Of a DNA stretch of 64,000 nt, positions 28,496 to 38,048 are shown one piece after another. Under the pieces are notes generated by a model, which searched no databases, was not told where the DNA came from, and was given only the letters and a program-made list of their open reading frames with translations. Both the position numbers and the translations under genes were made by a program. How positions within the stretch are numbered: position 1 is the first letter of the stretch; each line of letters begins with the position of its first letter. Source of the stretch: an uncultured Chloroflexia bacterium (GTDB taxonomy: Bacteria; Chloroflexota; Limnocylindria; Limnocylindrales; CSP1-4). Location of the stretch: the NCBI GenBank assembly GCA_963711405.1, contig CAVQDZ010000001.1:891865-955864 (forward strand), in the 5' to 3' direction.

Positions 28496-29161
28496 ATGAA
28501 GCTCCTTCTCACGTCGGCGGGGGTCAAGAACCCAAGCATCCGCGAGGCGCTGATCGGCTTGCTGGGCAAACCGATCGAAGAGTCCGACGCTCTGTTCATC
28601 CCCACCGGGGGCTACGGAAATCCGTATGGGAGTCCTGCTGGCGTGTGGCGCAATATCAGCGGCAATTCCCAGCAACCGATGGTCGAGCTGGGCTGGAAAT
28701 CGGTCGGAGTGCTGGAGCTGACCGCGCTACCTACGATGGACGATCGTTGGATCAAGTGGGTTCATGAGACGGACATCCTGCTGGTCAGCGGCGGCGACGC
28801 CGCGTACCTGGGCCACTGGATGCGCGAGTCGGGGTTGGCGAACCAATTTCCATCACTGACCGACACGGTGTACATGGGTTTCAGCGCTGGGAGCATGGTG
28901 CTGACGCCCAGGATCGGGTCGGACTTCATGGGCTGGAAGCCACCCAAGGAGGGCGATGACACCACGCTGGGCGTTGTCGACTTCTCGATCTTCCCGCACG
29001 TCGATCACCCGGACCTGCCTGAAAACACGATGGCTGCCGCGGAGAAATGGGCGGCAGAGGTTCAGGTTCCGGCTTATGCGATCGACGACGAGACGGCGAT
29101 CAAGGTGGTCGACGGCAAGGTTGAAATGGTGACCGAGGGCCACTGGAAACGCTTCAATTAG
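28496..29161 (+). CDS. Peptidase S51 (dipeptidase E-like), paralogue 2
   Basis: MKLLLTSAGVKN..., VSGGDAAYL, GFSAGSMV, FPHVDHPD. Collinear with the preceding gene along its full length. TAGGAGG lies upstream. Confidence 0.85.
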   Translation: MKLLLTSAGVKNPSIREALIGLLGKPIEESDALFIPTGGYGNPYGSPAGVWRNISGNSQQPMVELGWKSVGVLELTALPTMDDRWIKWVHETDILLVSGGDAAYLGHWMRESGLANQFPSLTDTVYMGFSAGSMVLTPRIGSDFMGWKPPKEGDDTTLGVVDFSIFPHVDHPDLPENTMAAAEKWAAEVQVPAYAIDDETAIKVVDGKVEMVTEGHWKRFN

Positions 29162-29726
29162 CGTCTGATTGGCGTAGCCCCACGCAGTCGAGATCCCAGA
29201 AGACGCGCGAGTAAACCAGCGTTCCGGTCATCCACGGCTGGCAATTGCGCAGCTTGAGGACCTGGAAAGCAGGCTCAGGAATGCGGAGCGAAGGCCGCCT
29301 GAATCCGAGATTGCCGGCGGCAACGAAGCCGAAACGCGCGTAGTAGGTCGGCGAACCCTCCAGGAAGACGAGCGGCTCGGGCCGTTGGTCGAGCTCACTG
29401 AGCCCGTGGCGGATGAGCGCGGAGCCGATGCCGCGGTTCTGAAACGCCGTGGCGACACTGACAGGGCTGAGCACGAGGACGTCGACGAGACGTCGTGGCG
29501 CATCGAGCAGCGAACGCGTGAACAGGATGTGGGCGACGATCTCGCCCTCGGTTTCGGCCACGAACGACAGGCCGTCGATCCAGTCAGGCGACTCGCGCAG
29601 CCGAGAGACGAGCGTGGGAACGATCTCGTGATCGCTGAAGGCATCGGCGACCACTGCCCGAATCGCGAATTCATCGCCCGGTCGCTCCGACCGGTGTGTG
29701 ATCTGCCCAGCGGTTGCCGCATTCAC
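29154..29726 (-). CDS. GNAT family N-acetyltransferase
   Basis: C-terminal 190 codons of track ORF 29154..30338. ITHRSERPGDEFAIRAVVADAF... with acetyl-CoA motif FQNRGIGSALIRH. GTG 29726 overlaps the upstream stop (GTGA). Confidence 0.8.
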   Translation of the reverse strand: MNAATAGQITHRSERPGDEFAIRAVVADAFSDHEIVPTLVSRLRESPDWIDGLSFVAETEGEIVAHILFTRSLLDAPRRLVDVLVLSPVSVATAFQNRGIGSALIRHGLSELDQRPEPLVFLEGSPTYYARFGFVAAGNLGFRRPSLRIPEPAFQVLKLRNCQPWMTGTLVYSRVFWDLDCVGLRQSDAN

Positions 29727-30185
29727 AAGGTCCAGGCCGTGGCCTTCGTACACGCGAGCTGCACCCTCGTGCCCGTTGAAGTGCCGGCGCCAAACTTGTA
29801 CAGCCTGAACGACTTCACCGCGGTGATCTGCTGGCCCATGCCCGCGAGAGTGACTTGCATGAAGGGATCCGTGATCCCGCCCTGCACGACGACGCCAAGG
29901 ACGGGCTGCTGCTCGGTGACCTGGCCGCACGGCCGGACGCTTCCAACCAGCTGATGATTCTCTGCTCGCAGTAAGTCCGTGGAATGACATGGAGAGCTTC
30001 GCGTCGCCGGGCTGACCGTTCACCCCATAGCCATCGATGATGATGATCGCGTGGATTCCGCCTTGGACGACGACCCCGTTGACTTCGTTCTGCTTGATTG
30101 GCGCCGCAGCGACCAGCTGCGCCCCAATGATCATGGCCACGACGAAGGTTGCGACGAATCCCGCCAGCAGTCGAATTCGTGACAT
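29723..30185 (-). pseudogene. Small secreted protein with internal VVVQGGI repeat, 1 apparent +1 frame break (about 29965)
   Basis: ATG 30185 gives MSRIRLLAGFVATFVVAMIIGAQLVAAAP...GVVVQGGIHAIIIIDGYGVNGQPGDAKLSMSFHGLTA. The next frame continues ENHQLVGSVRPCGQVTEQQPVLGVVVQGGITDPFMQVTLAGMGQQITAVKSFRLYKFGAG...-stop at 29723. Confidence 0.45.
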
Positions 30186-30388
30186 GTGACGCCTCCAGAA
30201 CTTCGCGTCACCGGGAGCCGACTGACGGTTCCGGCCGGCTGCGGCCCGGCGGCACGGCGAGCATAGTCCTGCCGCGCGAGGCTCAACAATCGATACGTGG
30301 CGCCCCCCGAGAGGCGCTGAGCCCCAGAGCCCACGCACTCCGCTGGCCTGGTACGCAGCCTGAGCTCAGCGAGCCATGCGTCTGCGCC

Positions 30389-31231
30389 TTACCGCTGGCG
30401 CGCAGCCCGGATCTGGCCCAGCCAGTCGGCGGCCAGTTTGCGACCGTTCGGGAGTTGGTCGGTCCGATCCCACCGCCACGCCGTGATCATCGCCAGGACC
30501 AGGATGCGGCACTCGCGAAGCAAGTCCTGATCAAGACCTCGGTAGTGCTTGGCGACATCTTCCGGCGCATGGGCGACGTCGAACTCGACTGGCCCACGGC
30601 AGCACGTCTCAAGGTCTATGAATAGCGGCCCGTTCTTCGCGGCCAGGACGTTGCCCGCATGCGGCTCGCCGTGGAGCAGCTGCTCGGCCGCGTCGCGCTC
30701 GCCGATCGCTCGTCTCAGGCTTCGTAACGTGTCCCCGAGCAGCTCTCGGTCAAGTTCGGCGAGCGCAGGAGTTTGGTCGCGGTTCGCGACGAGTTGCTCG
30801 GCCTCGTCGACACGATCGGTGAAGTGCGGCGTCGGGACGTCGAGCCCCCGCATGCCGGCATGCAAGCGTCCCAACGCGTTGGCGTAGTCGGCCGGTGAGA
30901 TCTGCGAGACGCCGGGTGGATAGTAGGTCCAGAGGGTGATGACGAACTCATCGCGCCCGTAGACGCGCGGCTCGACACGAGGTTCGAGAACGGCGGTGGG
31001 GCACCCGCCTGCGACCAGCTGCTGACCAAGATCAACCTCAAACTGTGCTCCGACTCGCTGCGCCTGCGGCGCCACGCGCGCGACAACATCACACGGCAGC
31101 AGACGCAGCGTGACCTTGTTCGAGTTGTGCAGAACGATCGAGCCGTCGACGGCCAGGCCGAGCGCGGAAACGGTCGACGTCGCTTCGGCCACCGCGCGCG
31201 AGACCTGTGACTGCTCCAAACCAGTCTCCAC
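30389..31231 (-). CDS. Phosphotransferase enzyme family protein (APH/choline-kinase-like)
   Basis: 280 aa. LLHGEPHAGNVL (catalytic loop) and FIDLETCCRGPVEFDVAH (DxE/D metal loop) are typical of the aminoglycoside-phosphotransferase fold. Confidence 0.8.
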   Translation of the reverse strand: METGLEQSQVSRAVAEATSTVSALGLAVDGSIVLHNSNKVTLRLLPCDVVARVAPQAQRVGAQFEVDLGQQLVAGGCPTAVLEPRVEPRVYGRDEFVITLWTYYPPGVSQISPADYANALGRLHAGMRGLDVPTPHFTDRVDEAEQLVANRDQTPALAELDRELLGDTLRSLRRAIGERDAAEQLLHGEPHAGNVLAAKNGPLFIDLETCCRGPVEFDVAHAPEDVAKHYRGLDQDLLRECRILVLAMITAWRWDRTDQLPNGRKLAADWLGQIRAARQR

Positions 31232-31484
31232 TCAAAAGGGGCAGCTCCTCCGCGAGCACGATCCTCTGTTCGGGGAGCACACCTTAGACCGCGACGAGGC
31301 GGCGCCAACTTGAGGCCCGTAGTCCCATCCCACAGCGTTGAAATGCCGAATGTGGAACGAACAGGCGTCTGCCCGCACTCCTGTTATAGACGGCCGCCAC
31401 CGATGCGGCGCTAGCGAAAGGGATAGCGCGTGGAACCGAATCTCGTCGATCGGGCGCAGCCGGCCGGATCTTGGCGCAAACCCG

Positions 31485-32759
31485 ATGAGCCGTTCGATGC
31501 GACCTTCGTCTGTAGTCGTGCGGGCAGGCGTCGCCGCCTTGGTCGCGATGTCAGTCGGAGGCTGTGCTTCAACGCCGACCAGTCCTTCGTTCCGCGAGGC
31601 CACGCCGGCGGCTTCCGCGAGCGTGTCAGCCACGAGCTCGACGAGCGTCATCGAGTCGCCACCGCCATCGACGATGGCTCCAACGTCGTCTGCGTCCATC
31701 CCGCCCGGGGCGACTGTCGACGCCCGAGTCGACGTCGGCCCACCGATCGAACCGCGCTGGTTCGCTTCCGACGGCCAGTCGCTCTGGGTCCACGAGCCCA
31801 CGAGCCTGGTGCGTGTGGATCTGGCGACGTCCGCCGTCACGGGACAAGTCCCCCTGAATGCGATGGAGTACGGCTATGCGACGACCGGTGCTGGTTCCCT
31901 CTGGCAGACGGACTACGAGCGCGCCGCCGTCCTTAGGATCGACCCGGTCGCCGACGCGGTGGTTGCGTCGATTTTCGTCGGAATGCATCCGTTAGGCGTG
32001 GCCGTGACAGCAGGCTCCGTATGGGTGGCCGACGAGCAGGATGAAGCGATCTCGCGCGTTGATCCCAAGACCAACACGATGGTCGCCACGATCCCGCTAG
32101 GTCCGCCTGGATGGGCCGGGCCACAGGTCGTGACGGCAGGACCCGGTGGTGTCTGGGTGGACGTCCCCAACATGGGTCAGGTGGTGCGCATCGATACCGC
32201 GACGAACACTGTCGGACTGTCGGTGCCGCTCGAAGGCCCGGTGGCGAGTGACGGCAAAGAGGTCTGGATCGGCGTCCAAGGGTCGGGCAACGGGTCGTCG
32301 GCGGTCGTGCGCATCGATCCGGTCTCGGGCAATGTCATCACCTGGGTCGATCTGGATACCCAGGGCATCGGCGGCATTGCCGTCGGCCTCGGATCCGTCT
32401 GGGTTACCTCAGGCGGGCTGACCCGGATCGACACCGAGAAGGGACGCATCGTCGGGCACCTCGATGTCGATGGCGCGAGCGGTAATGTCATCGTGGCGGG
32501 TGGCTCGGTGTGGGTTACGGCGGACGATCACCCGTCCGTGCTGCGGCTGTCGCCCACATGGTCGTGGCCTATCGCCGCAGCCACGCCCGAGAAGTTGCAG
32601 GAGTTTGTCGCGCTGCTTCAGGAGTTTGTCGCGCTGCTTATGGAACCCCTCGAGACGGCTGACACGCACGTCGAAGTTGAGTCGTTGTACCGCCCCCGGA
32701 GAGTCGCGCGGGCGCGGGAGGGTGCGGAGGATCCATTGTCCGGTATGCGGCTTGAGTAA
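31485..32759 (+). CDS. Lipoprotein with beta-propeller (YncE/virginiamycin-B-lyase-like) repeats
   Basis: ATG 31485 gives MSRSMRPSSVVVRAGVAALVAMSVGGCAST (lipobox). Repeats of the type GSVWVADEQDEAISRVDPKTNTMVATIPLG. Confidence 0.7.
   Translation: MSRSMRPSSVVVRAGVAALVAMSVGGCASTPTSPSFREATPAASASVSATSSTSVIESPPPSTMAPTSSASIPPGATVDARVDVGPPIEPRWFASDGQSLWVHEPTSLVRVDLATSAVTGQVPLNAMEYGYATTGAGSLWQTDYERAAVLRIDPVADAVVASIFVGMHPLGVAVTAGSVWVADEQDEAISRVDPKTNTMVATIPLGPPGWAGPQVVTAGPGGVWVDVPNMGQVVRIDTATNTVGLSVPLEGPVASDGKEVWIGVQGSGNGSSAVVRIDPVSGNVITWVDLDTQGIGGIAVGLGSVWVTSGGLTRIDTEKGRIVGHLDVDGASGNVIVAGGSVWVTADDHPSVLRLSPTWSWPIAAATPEKLQEFVALLQEFVALLMEPLETADTHVEVESLYRPRRVARAREGAEDPLSGMRLE
32598..32639 (+). repeat. 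Perfect 21-bp tandem duplication (2 copies) inside the lipoprotein gene
   Basis: caggagtttgtcgcgctgctt occurs twice and encodes QEFVALL-QEFVALL in frame. Confidence 0.95.
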
Positions 32760-32819
32760 CCAAGAGTGTGGACTTGGAATACTCCAGCCGTCACACTGAG
32801 TCGGCCCAGGAGGAATTGG

Positions 32820-34233
32820 GTGAATCGGATCCCGTTCGGAATCGTTTTGGCGGTTCTCGTCGTCTCTTGTACGGGAACGGCACCCTCGGCGACTACGCGT
32901 CCGTCGGGAAGCCCAACGGGGTCGCCGGCCTATTCCGCTTCGTCGTCGCCGGCGACAACTGCTTCCGCTTCGTCGTCGCCGGCTCCCTCCGCGTCGGCCC
33001 CTTCCCGGACGATACCGGCGCCGGCGACACCAGGCGCGACTAGTCCGTTCGACGGAGTTTGGGCGACTCCGCGCGTCACGCGGCAGGACATGGTCGCCGC
33101 ACTTTCGAGGAACGACCTCGACCAGTCACAGGCCGATCTCGTGTACGGCGACCAAGCGGTCGTGGACTACAAGATCTATGAGATCGTGATCGGCGAGGGG
33201 CGCTGGAGCCAGTATTCGTACGACGAGGGCGTACCGAACGGTCTGGGCTGGGATGGCACATTCTCTATGGGTGACGACCACACCGTCGTTGCGACAAAGC
33301 GAACAGTCCCCCTGCGCGAGTACGTACAAGCTGGACCGAACCGGCGACTCCATGACGATTGATGTGGTTAGCGACGCCTGCTCCGATCCAGCCGATCTCA
33401 TCGTACAGACGGCCATGTACGAGTCGGCGCCGTTTCACCTGGTCCAGGTTCCGGGGTGGGCGGCGCCCACCGCCACGCCCCGACCGACTTCGAACGGATC
33501 ATCGGGCACCCCCGCTGCCACGAGTTCGACTTCTGGCGAGCGCCAGACAATGCAACCGATCGGGACTGTCCAAGGTGCACCGCTTGGGTACTTCGAATAC
33601 CTGCCTCCCGACTACGGAAAGCAGCCCAGTCCGTTGATCGTTTTCCTGCATGGCTCCGGATCGAGCGGCGCCGGTGACCTAGGCTCGCTGTACAGCTTGG
33701 TCGGCACCGGACCGCCAAATCTGATTAGCCAGAACAAATGGCCGGACGATCGGCCATTCGTGGTGCTCGCCCCGCAGCACGCGGAGAACCCATCTTCGTC
33801 CTGCATGGAAGCGTCCGAAATCGAGCAGTTCCTGGCTTTCGCTCTCAAGCACTACGACATCGACCCCAAGCGCGTCTACCTCACCGGCTTGAGCTGTGGA
33901 GCCATCGGGCTCTGGAACTACCTCGGCGAGCACACCAACGAGGTCGTGGCCGCCGCCCTGCCAATGGCCGGCTACGGGCTGGGGGCCATCGATGAGGCTG
34001 GTTGCAGTCTCGCCCGCCTGCCCATTTGGGCCTTCCATGGAGCTCGCGATGACGACGTTCCTGTTTGGGGCGATGCATATCCGTTGACGTTCATTCAGTC
34101 GTGTACTGATCCGCCACCTAGTGACGCGCGTCTAACGGTCTCGGCATTCGCCGGTCACGACGTCTGGACGGACGCTTACACCGGCGCGTCCGGCTACGAC
34201 ATCTACGCATGGATGTTGAGCCACACCAAGTAG
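32820..34233 (+). pseudogene. Lipoprotein with C-terminal alpha/beta-hydrolase (esterase/depolymerase-like) domain, 1 apparent +1 frame break (about 33295)
   Basis: GTG 32820 lies 7 nt after AGGAGG and gives NRIPFGIVLAVLVVSCTG (lipobox). Track ORFs 32766..33362 and 33253..34233 join at ...GDDHTVVAT / EQSPCASTYKLDRTG. The C-terminal domain has LIVFLHGSG, the nucleophile elbow GLSCGA and WAFHGARDD. Confidence 0.7.
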
Positions 34234-34450
34234 CGCCACGATCTTGCTTCGTGCGCCCCCGGAGGGGCGCGGGGGGCTTGGTACGCGGCCTAAGGGCCAG
34301 AGAGCCTAGCCTGCACCGCTCGTTGCTGCTGCAACAAGCATCGGCCCACAAATGGGACCCACAGCTACGGCAGCGAGCCGGCCATGCCCTGGCTCTCGCA
34401 CGAGCGAATGGCGCACCCGTAGGTCGCATGGGCGTAGAGCGGTGTGGACC

Positions 34451-34894
34451 TCAGATGAGCGGTCGCGGCCGCGACCGTGGTTCCTCGAGAGAGCCGTCGA
34501 GGAGCGCGCGGTTGCCTATCGGTTCGCTCAGAGTGACTGTCGCTGGGTATTCCCCGTGGCCCAGGCAATCCCCCGAACCATTACTGACCAGCTCGACAGT
34601 GATCGTGATCGAGTCCGCACCGTAGAGGACTGTCGGGTTGAGCATGCGTCCACCTGGACTCGAACCGGCGGCGCCACACGACCGATCGAGGACAACGATA
34701 TCCACGTTCGTCGCATCTGGCGTGACCTTGTGGGCCAGGCTCCACGGCGCCTTGTCGATCCAGCTCTGACCAAGAATGTCCCGCCCTAACGGGATGAACC
34801 ACACCACAAAGACAACAACGAGCACAGCGGCGACCACGGCCAAAAAGAGCAGTGCCGCACGATTGTGTCGCGTCCAATCGTGTGACTGCGTCAT
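34451..34894 (-). CDS. Membrane-anchored hypothetical protein
   Basis: 147 aa. N-terminal TM segment AALLFLAVVAAVLVVVFVVWFIPL followed by a soluble domain. No recognised family. Confidence 0.5.
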   Translation of the reverse strand: MTQSHDWTRHNRAALLFLAVVAAVLVVVFVVWFIPLGRDILGQSWIDKAPWSLAHKVTPDATNVDIVVLDRSCGAAGSSPGGRMLNPTVLYGADSITITVELVSNGSGDCLGHGEYPATVTLSEPIGNRALLDGSLEEPRSRPRPLI

Positions 34895-35110
34895 CTATCA
34901 GCTGCCCTCGCGCCAGTGCGTCCGCCGCTCGCGGCGATGCTATCGGCGGGCAAGCAAGAAAACCCCGGCCAAACGTCCCGTGAAGGGCGCCTGACCCGGG
35001 TCAGTTTCTACCTGCGTTGGAAACTCACGTCCCGCGATGCACGGCCAAACCCGCGATCTAGAATGGCCGCGACTCGCTCGGCTACAGCGACGGCTCATTT
35101 GGAGGTCAGG

Positions 35111-35578
35111 ATGGCTGAGCACAGCGGTCGCACGGTCGTCGAGCGCTATGCCCGCGCCATGCAGGACAAGGATCTCGACGCCCTGGCGACGCTCGTCACC
35201 GACGACTACGTCGATGAGATACCCCAGTCGGGCGAACGAGTCCGAGGCAGGGCGAACCTGCTCGCATATACGCGCAGCTACCCGGGTGGAATAGGCACAC
35301 TCGATCCGACAAGCGCACGACTCGTGGGGTCGGAGGACCGCTGGGTAGTCACGCCCATGTTCGCGCCGCTGCGCATCGAAGGATCGGGCGACGTCTACAC
35401 CTACGTTGGCACGGCCACCTATTCGAATGGCGAGACTTGGCAGATGATCCAGATCATCGAACTCCGCCAGGGCAAGATCGCCAAGACCACGTCCTGGTTC
35501 GCTGCACCGTTCGAGGCGCCGGAATGGCGGGCGCCGTTCGTGGAGCGCTTCCCCGCGCTGGGCGCCAAGGACACCTGA
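35111..35578 (+). CDS. SnoaL-like / NTF2-family protein
   Basis: ATG 35111 follows GGAGG. VVERYARAMQDKDLDALATLVTDDYVDEIPQSGERVRG is the typical SnoaL_2 N-terminus. Confidence 0.7.
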   Translation: MAEHSGRTVVERYARAMQDKDLDALATLVTDDYVDEIPQSGERVRGRANLLAYTRSYPGGIGTLDPTSARLVGSEDRWVVTPMFAPLRIEGSGDVYTYVGTATYSNGETWQMIQIIELRQGKIAKTTSWFAAPFEAPEWRAPFVERFPALGAKDT

Positions 35579-35729
35579 GGCGGCGCTAAGTGCTGGGTGC
35601 CTACTAGCGGCTCGCCGAGCCACCGGCCGTGAGCCGACGCAACCAGATCAGCGCCCCCGGAGAGCCGCGAAGGCTTGGCGCCACACGCAGTCGACCCACT
35701 GGCTTGGTACTCGGCCGAGAGCACCGTCG

Positions 35730-36755
35730 CTAAGGCGCTACCGTGACGGGCGAGTACATGCCGGCCTTGAAGTGGCCCGGGATATTGCATAGGAAGAGAT
35801 AGGACCCAGGCTGGGTCAGATCCACGGTTCGCGACTGTGTCGTCCCTGGGTCCAAGTTATCGCCATCGCTTAGCAGGTTGATACCCGGACCGTCCTCGAT
35901 GATGTTGCCGTCCTGATCGAGTGGGTAGCCAGAGGCCGGAAGATCACTCTTGAAGACCAGCAGTTCGTGCGGGATGGTCCCGAAGTTCGCGGCTTCGAGG
36001 ACCACCGTGCCGGCCTTGATTGAGTTAGGCACGGCGACGTGCCACTCATTCAAAGAGGCCGGGATGTAGGCCTGTTGCTCGGCCAGAGCCGTCACCGTGA
36101 CGACTCTGTACATGCCTGCCTTGAAGTGGCCTGGCATGTTGCACACGAAGATATAGGTGCCAGGTTGGGTGAGATCGACAACCTGTGTCGTTGTCTTACC
36201 CGGATCTATCGGGTTCGTTGTGCTAACGAGACTCATACCCGGTCCGTCCGGAATAACGTTGCCCTGGCTGTCGACCGGGATGGAGGCCGGTGCGAGATCG
36301 GTCTTGAAAACCAACAGTTCATGCTGGATGGACCCGATATTCGTGATCGCGAAGTTCACTTGACCAGCCAACATCGACGTCGGCAGTCCGACGCTCCACT
36401 CACTCAGATAGATCGCAGTTCCCGACGCCGGAACCCCGATCGGTCCGTCGCTCGGGGCGGAGGTGGGCACCTCCGAGGACAGAGGCGGCGACGTAGCTTC
36501 AGGGGACTGAGGTGCTGCGGTGGGCGTCGACAAGCCCGTGGGCGTCGACAAGCCCGTGGCCGTCGGCACGGCACTAATCGTGGCCGTTTGTGTCGGCTGA
36601 CGCGATGCGGTCGCAGCTGTCGGCGTTGACGACGAAGGCGGCAAGGCCGAAGCAGGCGGCGAAGGAGACAACTTCGGCCGGGCCACGCACCCTGCCAGAA
36701 CCAGGCATATGCCGACCGCCAAGATCAACTTGGCAGACCGTCCTCCCGTTGGCAC
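35730..36755 (-). CDS. Lipoprotein with two type-1 copper (cupredoxin) domains
   Basis: The copper-site motif occurs twice: IQHELLVFK...FVCNMPGHFKAGMY and IPHELLVFK...FLCNIPGHFKAGMY. The track start 36941 runs through tRNA-Arg. In-frame GTG 36755 gives PTGGRSAKLILAVGICLVLAGC (lipobox). Confidence 0.8.
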   Translation of the reverse strand: MPTGGRSAKLILAVGICLVLAGCVARPKLSPSPPASALPPSSSTPTAATASRQPTQTATISAVPTATGLSTPTGLSTPTAAPQSPEATSPPLSSEVPTSAPSDGPIGVPASGTAIYLSEWSVGLPTSMLAGQVNFAITNIGSIQHELLVFKTDLAPASIPVDSQGNVIPDGPGMSLVSTTNPIDPGKTTTQVVDLTQPGTYIFVCNMPGHFKAGMYRVVTVTALAEQQAYIPASLNEWHVAVPNSIKAGTVVLEAANFGTIPHELLVFKSDLPASGYPLDQDGNIIEDGPGINLLSDGDNLDPGTTQSRTVDLTQPGSYLFLCNIPGHFKAGMYSPVTVAP

Positions 36756-36838
36756 TAGTGCGTCACCTCGGCGGGATGGTACTGCGATCCCACCGCGTTC
36801 GGAGGTCAGATTCACACGGTCTTCTGAAGAGGGATCAG

Positions 36839-36911
36839 CGCCCCCGGAGAGATTCGAACTCCCGACGCAGGCCTTAGGACGGCCTCGCTCTATCCTCTGA
36901 GCTACGGGGGC
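36839..36911 (-). tRNA. tRNA-Arg (anticodon CCT), CCA not encoded
   Basis: The reverse complement is GCCCCCG TA GCTC AGAGGATA GAGC G AGGCC GTCCTAA GGCCT GCGTC GGGAG TTCGAAT CTCTC CGGGGGC G, a complete cloverleaf. Confidence 0.93.
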
Positions 36912-36921
36912 GGCAGGCACC

Positions 36922-36955
36922 GATTCTAAGCGGGTCGCCACCCGCGACTAGAATC
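36922..36955. promoter_or_regulatory. Palindrome carrying TAGAAT -10-like hexamers on both strands (candidate divergent promoters for tRNA-Arg and the glutaredoxin-like/ccdA/tlpA genes)
   Basis: GATTCTA-A-GCGGGT-CGCC-ACCCGC-GAC-TAGAATC. The plus-strand TAGAAT at 36949-36954 is 11 nt before ATG 36966. The minus-strand TAGAAT at 36923-36928 is 11 nt before the tRNA 5-prime end at 36911. Confidence 0.35.
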
Positions 36956-36965
36956 GCTTCGTCCC

Positions 36966-37253
36966 ATGACCCACTCCCCTGACCTTCCCACGCTCACCTT
37001 CTACGCGCGCGATGGGTGTCATCTGTGCGATGAGGCCAGGGCCGATCTTCAGGCAGTGCTCGAGGACCGAGTCAAGCGCGGCGAGCCCATCGCGCGTGTG
37101 CGTGTCGTGAATCTCGACACCCATCCCGAACTCAGGGAGCGCTACAACGACGTGATCCCGGTCATGAAGCTGCACGGCTCCGAGCTGCCGCTGGCAATGG
37201 GTCAACGGACGATCAACCGCTTCCTCGACCAGGCGCTCGGCCGGCTGGCCTAG
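36966..37253 (+). CDS. Glutaredoxin-like protein (DUF836/Glutaredoxin_2)
   Basis: 95 aa. TLTFYARDGCHLCDEA (CxxC) ... YNDVIPVMKL is typical of the small thioredoxin-fold DUF836 family. Confidence 0.8.
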   Translation: MTHSPDLPTLTFYARDGCHLCDEARADLQAVLEDRVKRGEPIARVRVVNLDTHPELRERYNDVIPVMKLHGSELPLAMGQRTINRFLDQALGRLA

Positions 37254-37271
37254 CGCCGGCAAGTCTCAACA

Positions 37272-38042
37272 TTGGATCTGACCATCGCCGCGGCGCTGAT
37301 CGCGGGCCTCGTTTCGTTCATCTCGCCCTGCGTTCTGCCCGTGGTGCCGGCGTATCTGGGACAGATCGGCATCGTCGCCGCAGGGGCGACGGCGACAGCC
37401 ACGGTGTCGCCAATCGCGGGGCCGCAGGTAACGCTACCAACGTCGCGCTGGCGGGTCATGCCCCACGCCATCGCCTTCGTCCTTGGCTTCGGAATGGTGT
37501 TCACGCTGCTCGGCGTGACCGTCTACGTCGCCGCCGGTCCGCTGCGTGACAACATCACCCTGCTCCGCCAGATCGGTGGCATCGTGCTCATCATCCTGGG
37601 CCTCAACCTGATGGGCGTCATTCGCATCCCCGTCCTCAGTCGGACCTACAAGCCCGGCCAACCGGAATTCGGCAAACAGCCTCTTGGCGGGGCCGCCGCA
37701 CGCAGTCCACTTGGGGCGTTTGCGCTTGGCACGGTGTTCGCGATCGGCTGGACCCCGTGCATCGGGCCGACCCTCGGCGCGATCCTCACGCTGTCGGCCA
37801 TCGCGGTCAGCCCGCAGGTGATCGTGCTGTTGATCGCCTATTCGCTCGGCCTGGGCATCCCGTTCATCCTGCTCGCGCTGGCGATCGACAACGCGGCGCG
37901 CTTCACCCGGCCGATCCTCAAGTACGGCCGGCAGATCGAGCTCGTTGGCGGCGCGCTGGTGGTGATCATCGGGCTCGCCATCCTGTTCGACTGGCTCGCG
38001 ATCTTCGCCCGCGCGTTCAGCTTCCTTTGGCCGCAGGTGTAG
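37272..38042 (+). CDS. ccdA: Cytochrome c biogenesis thiol-disulfide transporter CcdA (DsbD-like TM domain)
   Basis: 256 aa and multi-TM. SFISPCVLPVVPAYL and GWTPCIGPTLGAIL are the two conserved Cys-Pro motifs of CcdA/DsbD. Confidence 0.9.
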   Translation: MDLTIAAALIAGLVSFISPCVLPVVPAYLGQIGIVAAGATATATVSPIAGPQVTLPTSRWRVMPHAIAFVLGFGMVFTLLGVTVYVAAGPLRDNITLLRQIGGIVLIILGLNLMGVIRIPVLSRTYKPGQPEFGKQPLGGAAARSPLGAFALGTVFAIGWTPCIGPTLGAILTLSAIAVSPQVIVLLIAYSLGLGIPFILLALAIDNAARFTRPILKYGRQIELVGGALVVIIGLAILFDWLAIFARAFSFLWPQV

Positions 38043-38048
38043 GCGGTC

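Noticed and set aside
29154-30338. 394-aa ORF treated as one protein
   Set aside because: It is a read-through of two genes. These are the GNAT (29154-29726, own GTG start overlapping a stop in the neighbouring frame) and a small secreted protein starting at ATG 30185. The 30186-30338 extension has no signal or motif.
36756-36941. N-terminal 62 codons of the 403-aa cupredoxin ORF
   Set aside because: This extension runs straight through the tRNA-Arg gene (36839-36911). An in-frame GTG at 36755 gives a proper lipoprotein signal.
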